Origin: Yuukianura sp. NJ FZ-2021
Taxonomy: Eukaryota
DNA length: 64,000 nt
Assembly: GCA_046563655.1 (NCBI GenBank)
Contig: CM102283.1
Coordinates: 6,014,001-6,078,000, forward strand
Reading direction: 5' to 3'
The position numbers and the translations under genes are program-made. Of this stretch, positions 54,601 to 64,000 are shown piece by piece. A model generated the notes under the pieces. The model searched no databases and was not told the DNA's origin. It was given only the letters and a program-made list of their open reading frames with translations. Position 1 is the stretch's first letter, and every line of letters begins with the position of its first letter.

Positions 54601-57600
54601 TCAAAGCAGAACTTTAGTACATGACGTAAATCGATCTATGAACGTTTTGATAAAAAAAAAATACAACTTTTTTTTTTTTTTCAAAAATCGATTTCCGAAC
54701 GTGCTTTTCTGAACTCTGAACTGTAAATTCTAAAGTCTTGTGGACAACGTGAAGATATCAAATCACAGGTTACAGTTTTCAAATTACGTTTGTGTGACGT
54801 GTCAAGGTCAAACGTCACAAGTCAAAGGTCAAAAGGTCAAGGTCAAAGGTCACAAAGTCAAGGTCAAAGGTCATGTAATTAGCTGTTTAGTACTTACTGG
54901 CCACGTGATGTGTGCAGTAACAAAGTGACTAGGGTAGAGGTTCCCGGGAAGAGACAATTGTTGGCAAGCAGAGCATATTTGAATTCGTCTTCACAGACGA
55001 CATGTTCTGCAAATCGAACGTGGAGCTTGTTGTCCGGCCGAATGATCTGAACGTACTGGGGTACGAGAGGACCAAAGTCCTTGACCGCCCATGACCTCAG
55101 AATTGTATGTTCATCGGCAGCAGTTTTGTCTGCGTAGTTTCTAGCCGCCAAAATGAAACAGGCCTCGGCTTCACCCATTCGTGCTCTGACGAGATCCGAA
55201 TCCTTGAGACACGATCCCTGGATGTAGATGACGCGCTGACTCCAAATTGGGACAGACAGGATCATGCGCATTGTCGGATCCAATTCACAGGGAGACAGCA
55301 AAACCACAAAGTAATCCTGAAATATAGAACTCATCAGTTACGGACTCAAATGAACGCGTGCAATTTTTGAATTTTATTAAAAAAGATCACCACGTTATTA
55401 AAAAAACACCATTTTTTAGTGTTATCGCAGAAAAACATCCCATTTTTCAGATTTTATCACTAAAAAGTCTAAATTGAAAACTTTACAAATGTTTTTTCTT
55501 CAAAAATGGAAAATGTTTTTAACGAAATGTTTTCAGCGCCGTTTTTTCTTATCGGACCACCGCAGCTTTTGCATTTTTCAAAGCGCCCGGGCAAGTTAAG
55601 TTAAATGTAGTTAGGGCTATGTTATATAAATCCAATAAATTTGAAACTTGACGGGAGGCTTAGCCTAGGGATTTTTCACGCCTCATGGAAAGGTGACGGT
55701 GACAATTGACTCCCTCCTGCCGTGAAGTGAATTCCAATTTCGAAAAGTACACAACAAAAGATGTCGTTTTTTTCTCGCTTGGAATCCCGGTGACAAATGG
55801 AAGTGAATCAATCCGGCGCCTGCAGAATTCCAAATACTGCTTGTTTTTTAGTCTTTCTTTAGTCCTTTTCCAAAATAAGTGAAAGTAGTGAAAGTTTTAT
55901 GAGGCCGGAGGTCAAATATCGAGTTCACTTTCGTTCTGGAGTCCCTCTGGCTGTAACTCCAGTGACATGCGACACTAATACACCGAAACCTCATCTACTT
56001 CCACGTGTCTCCATTTTCATTTTGTAACAAAACGAAAGCTCGCGGACTATAAACTTCAACTAAAATATTCTCGGAACTCTCTTGCTTGAGTCAATATTTA
56101 CCCTACTCCTGCTTTTGTTGGCTCTCCTACGCGTCAACGACTTTGGGCTTGGTCTAACCTAAGTTGTCGAGAGCTTCCCAGAATTTTCTACTTTTTCAAA
56201 ACTTTAAAAAAAAAGTTTGGTCATTTAACTTCTGAGTTTAAAGGGAAAGTTCAGAGGGGCGCAGGAAGCGAGCTTTTAGATTGACACTGATGAGGATCGA
56301 TGTTGAGATTTTAATTAAGAGCCCAATTAAAAATTCAGAACTCAAAGTTAACTAAAGTGGATGTTTAGATTTTGGCGTGCTTAGATTTTTGTTTGCTCAG
56401 TTTTTGTTGCTTTGCCTCTATGAGTTCGGAATATCAGAATAGGATAAGGAAGGCAATTCATCATTGTTGAAGTAAGGATTAACGACTACCATTGTAGCCA
56501 CTGCAGACATTTTTCTTGAGTACTGTTTGTGGCTACACTTGTGTGGCAACTAAGGTAACACGCTTAACCTAAACGACATAACCTGGAGTGGCAACCGACG
56601 TTGCCACACTGTGTAGCCAGTATGTGATTACATTGAAGGTAGTTGAACCGTACTTCAACCTCGATCCTTCCTTACAATGCTGAGTGTTGGGCTCATTTGC
56701 ATAAACTAAGGTTACTCAACCTGGCAAAACTAACCTGAAGGAGAGGATGAGCGTAGAATTCATTGAGGAAGTCCATGATGGTGTCGGCGTGGAGCGACGT
56801 TGAGCAGACGACGACATGTCGCTCGTGTTGCGCTCGATGCGACGAGTAGCTTCCGCCGAGCTTTTGTCTCTCCATCCACGTAAAGGCTAGCTGCTCGAAC
56901 TGTGTGGGAAGCACAATGAAGGCGATGCAGATCATGGCAACCATGAACAGTTGAGAAGGCCAAATGTCAGGAACGAAGTCACCGTATCCCACCGTTGAAA
57001 AAGTGACGACGACGAAGTAGGTTGAGTGGAAGAGGGACAGGCGGCGGTGACCAGCGCGTTGACAATGCTGGACACCACAAACACTGGTGAAAACGAGGCA
57101 GATGAGTGTTGCTGAGAGAATGGTGAGCTGCTGTGACAGGGCAGACTGGCTGCGTTGCATGGCTCGATGGAGGTCATTGAACATGTTTTCAAGAGCGTAC
57201 TTTGCGAGCCAGCAGTTGAGAAATACTGGAACAAAGATGTTGCGGAGAGCTGGGTAGAAGAGGCTGATTATGAAAGGAACAGTCGCCACCACTTCGATTA
57301 CAAATCGCTTGGTCACCAGTTGTTGTATAATATTTCCCTGGAAAAAAGTTTCAAAATTTTGAAAAATACTTAATGAAAATACTTGATCTTCATTTTATTT
57401 TACAAAACCTAAAAAGTTTTAAAAACAAAAGGGAAGCAAATCAAAAACGATTTTTCAGGAAAAAAAATTCTCTGGCGTTTAGTACAGCATAGCCTAACTT
57501 AAATTGTTACCTAGCGAAACGTAATTAGCCTAACATAGGTTAATTAACTTAACTGACCTTGTAGTTGAGGTAAATAAGAAGAATAGTTTCTGAGAAGCTG

Positions 57601-60600
57601 ATGATGGCCAGTACGACATGGATGACCCAGAGGTAGATGCCTCTGTCCACCCAGAAGATGGCCGGCCAGTTGATGATTGGTTCGTACAGAAAACGCTCCT
57701 CAGTTAGGTTGAGTGAAGCCTCGTACTCCGAAGTGTCACCAGGGGTACATCCATAACTACAATTAAACTTAATTGTAATTAAACTTAACCATAATTAAAC
57801 AATTAAACTTCAATCTGTTAAATCTGTTCACCGGAATCCTTCATTTTGCAATGTTAAAACCCGAAATAATAATAATAATCTGTTATCATCCTCCGCGTGT
57901 TTAATTGCTTGTTAAATTTTTAATGAAAAGATGGGCGGAAATTGGGTGGGATTAAAATCTGAATCCCGAATTAGCCATAAAAGTAGGCGCAGTTTACGTA
58001 AAATTTCACTTTTCCAAAAATGTGTTTTCATAAAATTGTAATTGGAGCAATTCCATTTCTTTCCGTGCTGAAAATGCATTAAATATGCGGGCTTTATCGA
58101 AAAAAGAAGAATAAGAAAAGCTGTAGGGAGTAAAAGTGTTGCGTTTTTTTTGCCAGATTTTAATCCAGGAAATTATACTTGGAAAATGGTTCCACTTTCA
58201 AAAAAAGATAATGGATTTCGAAATACTTTGTAAGTGGAAAAAAGGAAGACAAATTAGAGTGGGGCGGAGATGCTCCATTTTCTTCCCAAAGTGCTCCAAG
58301 TGCTCGTGGCTGTTGGCGGGAATCCATGAAATTTTGAACTGCCAGATTTTTGTGTCGTTTTTGCACTTTCCTGGGAGAAAGGTGACTAAGATGGATGGGA
58401 ATTTTGGCGGGAGTTGTTAAGCGAAGTGTAACGTCTCCGTAAATGGTTTGTACACAACACCGAGCAGAAAAATTGTTTGAACAGCGTGCCAAAAAAAATG
58501 TCAATCTTTTTATGAAAAGAAGCTTACCAAGCTGCTTCTGTCGGCTTGTCGTCCATGATGACTCGGATGATGTACAAGACACAGGTAAGAAGCTTAAGTG
58601 TGAACCGAGCAATGCGTATGCGCAAACTGGACCGTTGATTTTTGAAAAAATACAAATGGAGTCTCTCCTTTAGCGTATTTTCATTCACGTAGTACTCCAC
58701 ACGCACTCTGCAATAAATCAGAAAATTCAAAATTGGACCACATCCAAAAACATCTTTCTAGAATTTCCTTCCCGCTCCTTCAAAAAAACCAAAAAATTTC
58801 CTTTGAAAAGTTTCAGAAAGAAAGAAATCTCGTTAGCGTCAATTAAGCGTACTCGACTCGTCTGTTCTTGAGCGTCAGCAAAATCAGTTCAATTACACCG
58901 TAGACCTAACTTGCAGAAAATGCTGAGAATGAGTTTTTTTCTAAATTAACGCTTTACCTTTGACCTTTACGTTTTCTAAACCGTAATTTTTCAAATCCGG
59001 GAGAACTTGTGAACCCGACGGTTTAACAAATTTGGAACACGAAAACGTTAATTGCCATCATTGGAACTTTTGTAAGAAACCGATTATTTTGAATCTGCAG
59101 AGAAAGGGAAAAGGCGGGAAAGTGAAAGGTAAAATGAAGGTTATTTAAAAGCAGGAGGCGTGGCTTGATGCCCGGGAGAGAAAGTAGCCGCGGGAAACTG
59201 CAAGTGAGCAAAGGTTTTGTTTTAGCAACGTCGTATATGTAACATTTGGCGCACATCTCATGCCCCCTAACCCCCCTACCCCCCTCAACAAGGCTTAAAA
59301 GTCACCTCCTCCTGGTGACTGGGAGTCAACGGGGAGAAAGTAATGAAAGTTGACGTCCCATGAACCATTATCCTGCATATAACTTGATCCTAAGCTCCGC
59401 GTACTTTCTCTGCATCCATTACCAAATTGAACCATTCCGCCAATTAGAAAGTGTCCTATGGAAAACTGAGATGAATGGACCCGCACTGCAGTTAAACTTT
59501 CTTTTAGAACGATACAAAATTAGGGTTTAGTCATATGGGTGGGGTGGAACTATGGATGAGTGGTTTACGTTTTTGCTATAATTCAAAAAGTTCGCTTTCA
59601 CCTCAAAATGTTTTGAAAAGTTTATTTTCATGAAGGTATTTTCATAAATACTACCTTCAGCATATTGTGGAGTTTTCAATACGAGTGGTTCAGAATTTAA
59701 AAGTTAGAATTATTTCGAATTTTTAAATTCATCTCATTTAGAATGTTGGCCATTCAACTCTATTTCACCATTCAAGGCCAAAATGGATGTTAGCCGCGAT
59801 AGTGAAAGTAAAATTTCAATTTTATGTTTATGCATCTCAACATGACATTTTAATGACACAGACTCTACGCCACAGCTCAAACTCCACCTAAATTAATATT
59901 CAGAAGAGCAAAAGATCCATTTGCAACATGAGGAGTTGACATATAAATTTCAAGTTACCGCAAAGTTAGGCAGAAAGTTACGGGAAAATGGGGTGGTAAT
60001 GATGATGGATAAGGCGGTTTCGGAAACTTTTCAATTTGTTCAAATAGATTTTTGTTACATTTAATCCCAACTTTACCATTGTTACGCTAACGTTTTTTCA
60101 GCATTTTTTTGATAAAGTATTTTTTACTGTCCGTATGTACAGTGACAAATGAAAGTAAAAAATGACGAAAGTTTCGTGTTCGTGTGTGGTGACATCACGG
60201 ACATCATTAGTGGCAGGGTGGGATATCTCACAAAAATACTTTTTGAGTGGAATGTTCAATTTTGGCGGGTCTAAATGGGCTACTAAATTTGAGTTTCTTG
60301 GCAATTTGAATCGTTGACGAATTTATGGAGCACTTTGAAAGCTACGAGAGACACAATGAGCAATAAAAACAAAGCTTCCATTTCTTTCTTGTCTGCCTCG
60401 TTGGAAATAAATTAACGACGGTGAATAATGGAAAGTAAAGCTTCAGAGTTTGGACTGCTGCGGAGTCTAACTCCAACTTTGCTTCTTAACGATGACATTC
60501 CAAGGTTACTTCTTCAGGTTGTTGTATACTTTATCTGACCAAGACTTGAGTCCCGGACTGGGACAAATGGATTTCATCAAGAAAAAAATTGGACGGGGCT

Positions 60601-61798
60601 CGGAAACATTGCCGTGCCTGCCAGTCAACTTGAGTAAAAACGTAAAAAACCCGAGGTTTCCCTGAGTTGTCACTTTCACATCACGACGCTTATCGGGAAT
60701 GATTAGCCATCGTGGGAAAAGAGCAATAACTCAATTATTACTACAGCATGGAGAAAGTCTATTCATGCCAACAACATCCTAAACATAACACAAAGTTCAT
60801 TCAATAACGTGTATAAAGCACGGAACCTAAATCTAATGAGTTCAACAAAACCTACCTAACCACAACATAACGAATTCAACAAAACATAACATTTGCCTAA
60901 TACGGTATAAGCAGAACAACAAAACGGGTGAATTTCTTGTAAAGTGAGACTAAAATATGTCGTGTGTTTTGTAAAAACAAAAAACTAAAAGTACAATGGC
61001 AAAAGTTGTGAAAATTTTTTAAAATGTGAAAGTTAAGAAAATGACAATATTGGAAAAAGCAAATTTAGAATTAATCTGCAAAATTTTTGAGTTGTTTTGG
61101 GGCCAAGGTGTTATGAAAAATAGATGAGCAAAATTGAATATCTGACAAGAGTTGATTGGACGCCTTAAGACAAGCGAGCGTGTGGCGCGAAAGCGTAATT
61201 CGAACGAATGTTAAGTGTTTAATATTTCAGCGATTGTTTCAGAACGAAACTCCCGAGAGACAAGTCTTGGCTCATCCTTATCTTCTATTCACGCAAAACT
61301 CGAGTAGTATTTCCATTGTACTTTTCAAACTTAGACGAGACAAAAGCTGTTTAATAATTCAAGTTCAATTAAGAAACATTCTTTCGAATGCAAAAAGTTT
61401 TCCAACTTTTCAAATTCAAAATCTCATGTTTCCTTGAAATTCTAGAAAGAAATGCTTTCACTTTCAACCTAACTTTCCGAGGATTAGATTTCACTCTTGA
61501 AATGAAAACATAGTACACAAGATTAAGTTTGATTTTGACTACCACACATTCAAAATTTACCGGATATACAAAATTTTGAAAAAGTTTGCACTCACCTGTC
61601 ATCGTCCTGTTCAAGTCGAAACGAAGAACGACTTAAGCTGAGTTCACTGAACGCTGCGAGGCCGCTTTTCGGTCGTCGCAGTCTCTTTAGCCCGGACATT
61701 CCCACGTTCGAAGTTTTGCGCAAAAAGAGGGAACGCTTCTCCTCTTCATCCAGGTCCTGGAAACTGCCTTTGCGTGGACCTAGCTCGTAAGCTTCCAT
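48641..61798 (-). CDS. slo-2: Slo2/Slack (KCNT) potassium channel; exons 61798-61596, 58707-58528, 57756-57558, 57337-56735, 55316-54898, 53649-53027, 52291-52122, 52009-51896, 50966-50475, 50043-49858, 49792-48641
   Basis: [17 protein letters not shown], pore [14 protein letters not shown] motifs [64 protein letters not shown]. Internal splice phases fit; the first exon and start are less certain. Confidence 0.95.
54801..54873. repeat. Tandem AGGTCA array in a slo-2 intron
   Basis: Seven perfect AGGTCA hexamers plus degenerate units in 73 bp. Confidence 0.85.
56430..56690. mobile_element. Degenerate foldback/MITE-like palindrome in a slo-2 intron
   Basis: Nested inverted pairs TAAGGAAGG/CCTTCCTTA, GTTGAAGTA/TACTTCAAC, TGGCTACACTTGTGTGGCAAC/GTTGCCACACTGTGTAGCCA. 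Confidence 0.65.
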
Positions 61799-64000
61799 TT
61801 TGCCTGGAGCGGGGTCAAAGGTCACGCGGGTCAAGAGGTCAATGCATTTTGAAAAGAGGCGGCGCCACGGGTCCGCCGCGGGTCGTTCCAGTGGAACTGC
61901 AGTGGAGAGACGCTCAGGGGGTTAGGTTACCTTGGAGCTTGTGTTGGGCGGAAGTTGTTAGCACCTTGTGTGTACTATTGTGCTGACCACAGACTGCGGC
62001 AGGTGATCTCTGCCATGTTTCCGCTGGTATTGATCTACGTTCTGACTGTTTGGCACCAGCATTCCATTGACACAGCACGACCAAAGGCTAAAGTCTATTC
62101 AGAGGAATCTTCATCTCTTGACTGGATGTTGAACTGAAGTGAGGGAGAAAGTGGGACAGGATGAAAGCAAGAGAAAGTTCTCCAGTCCAACCAAACTCAG
62201 AAATCGATAGACTTAATACCACCAGGGTTACTATGGGTCGTGGGCACGACTAAAACAGCGGGCACGATTTTTTTTTAATTTAAAAAGTAGCATGTTTTTC
62301 TTTCAGGTGAAGACAATTGTAATTGTGACTACTTGAAGGATATTTTTTAATGAAAGAATGCACAAAAAAGTGAAGAATCTTTTAATCAACATACGTGTTT
62401 TTTTTTCCAATTTCCATTTTTTTTAATTTTTCCAATCAATTTTTTTCAGCAAGTTCTTTTTCAATTGGGTTGGGTTATAGTTTTATAATATCTCTTTTTA
62501 GAAGGTAACATCTTGTTGTCGTTGTTGTTTGCGATGCTGATGAAAAGAAATCAGTTTTTCAAAACCACTTTCTCCATTATATTTGTATACAAAATATCAA
62601 AAAATGGATAATTTCGGTTTTTAAGGCGATGGGACATTTTTACAAATTTGACAACCGTTCTAAGAAGAGACAAACTATAATTTTCTTTTTAGAGGCCATT
62701 TTTTTTCAAACCGGTGCATTTTTTTTCAAAGGATACCATACTACTTGTAACGGTTTTTTAGTTTTTTTAGGCGTTCAATTATTGTTCAAACTCCTGCAAA
62801 CATTTTTCAAACTCGTGGCATTCCTTTTCAAATGAGCCCAAACTCTTTGTACAGCATTTACAAAACACCTCTTCTCAAACAAGCACGATGCTTTGCAAAC
62901 GAAAGTATTTAAAGAATTCGGTTTTGATGAATTTTCTTTTCAACGAGAATTTTCGACGAAGTCCATCATTGTTCGTTTGGAAATTAGTTAGATCCGGGTA
63001 TTTTGTGTACGGAGAAAGGGAGACTGGGAGGCCCTGGATATGTGCCTGGTGAAATGCAAGGAGAAGGACCTATAACAGTGGAAGAATGCAGAAAGCGGAG
63101 GTCCAGCATCCAGAGACGCATTCTGAGAATCAATTCCTTGACCTCTCACATTTTAAACATTACTCTCCCATGCCCTCCTATTCAAGGAACAATTTTTCAA
63201 CTTAACTTTATTAGAAAGTCGAACCAGCTTCTACGCTGATACTTGCATCCTATTTGTACTTAAATGTAAAACTTTTGTAGAATTAAAAGAAATCTCTTGT
63301 TGAAGATCTTATGTGTGGAGTATTGGAAAGTCGAGAACACAAAATATGCTTAACTTTAACCATAATTAAAAATTCTTAAATAAGATTAATATAAGATTAT
63401 AATCTAAATATAAGATTATACTTGAAAATCCTACGTTTTACATTTTCATATGTACAAGTCATGTGATTTGGTTTGGTCAAACAGTTCATAACCTGAACTC
63501 GTTGAAAATTTGTCACTTTACACAGCAATTTGAAATTAATTGAAGTTAATTTAGAAAATATAAGTAGGTCCATCGTTGCTTGAGTACTTTTTTAAACCCT
63601 GCTGCAATATTACTAGATATTTTCGTAAACACGACGTAACTCACACTAAACATATGTAAACTAACTACATTTAAATATATGTATAATAAAATCTTAACTA
63701 AATTATGATCATAAAATAAAAATATTAAAAGAAAATTCCAGAAAAAAGTAAAACTTAAGACTTCATAGATTTTGTATAAGAATTTTACAATGAGGTTTCT
63801 TTAGTTTGTCTGTTGAAAGTCCTTCAATTACTTTCAAACTGTAAGCTAAATTTTAAATTGATTACACAAAATTACTGTGTTTGAGTGTGTCAAACACGCT
63901 AAAAATAGATATTTCGAAATTTCGGAACTTACTTAATTAAAGTAAATCTTCAGCCTTAAGTTAAGCATTGGGCGGGCATGTGGTTACCGAAATGTCAAAC

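Noticed and set aside
59295..59486. Alternative first exon of slo-2
   Set aside because: Donor phase does not fit the 58707 exon; the compatible frame has a nearby stop and no ATG.
63003..63239. 78-aa ORF upstream of slo-2
   Set aside because: TTG start, no recognisable motif, no splice support.

Overview
Eukaryotic, AT-rich, intron-containing invertebrate genomic DNA with short GT-AG introns, most likely an arthropod (a basal hexapod such as a springtail is only a guess). Gene order: 3' part of a BarH homeobox gene (+); a ~10 kb gene-poor stretch with a foldback element; an orphan single-pass membrane protein (-); laminin gamma-1 (-); UCHL5 (-) head-to-head with a divergent JNK (+); a rearranged tandem-duplication zone (27-38 kb); an FRRS1/SDR2-type ferric-chelate reductase (+) tail-to-tail with a Ctr/SLC31 copper transporter (-); and a Slo2/KCNT potassium channel (-). 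The duplication zone holds two copies of an unrecognised secreted two-repeat protein, three whole or partial copies of a small tail-anchored protein gene, decayed JNK fragments and two stand-alone Reeler proteins. Best novelty candidates: the secreted repeat family that appears to have captured neighbouring exons, the Reeler/ferric reductase/Ctr cluster, alternative C-terminal exons of Ctr, and substitutions in the JNK. Exon models were built by hand from splice signals and phase; no searches were run.
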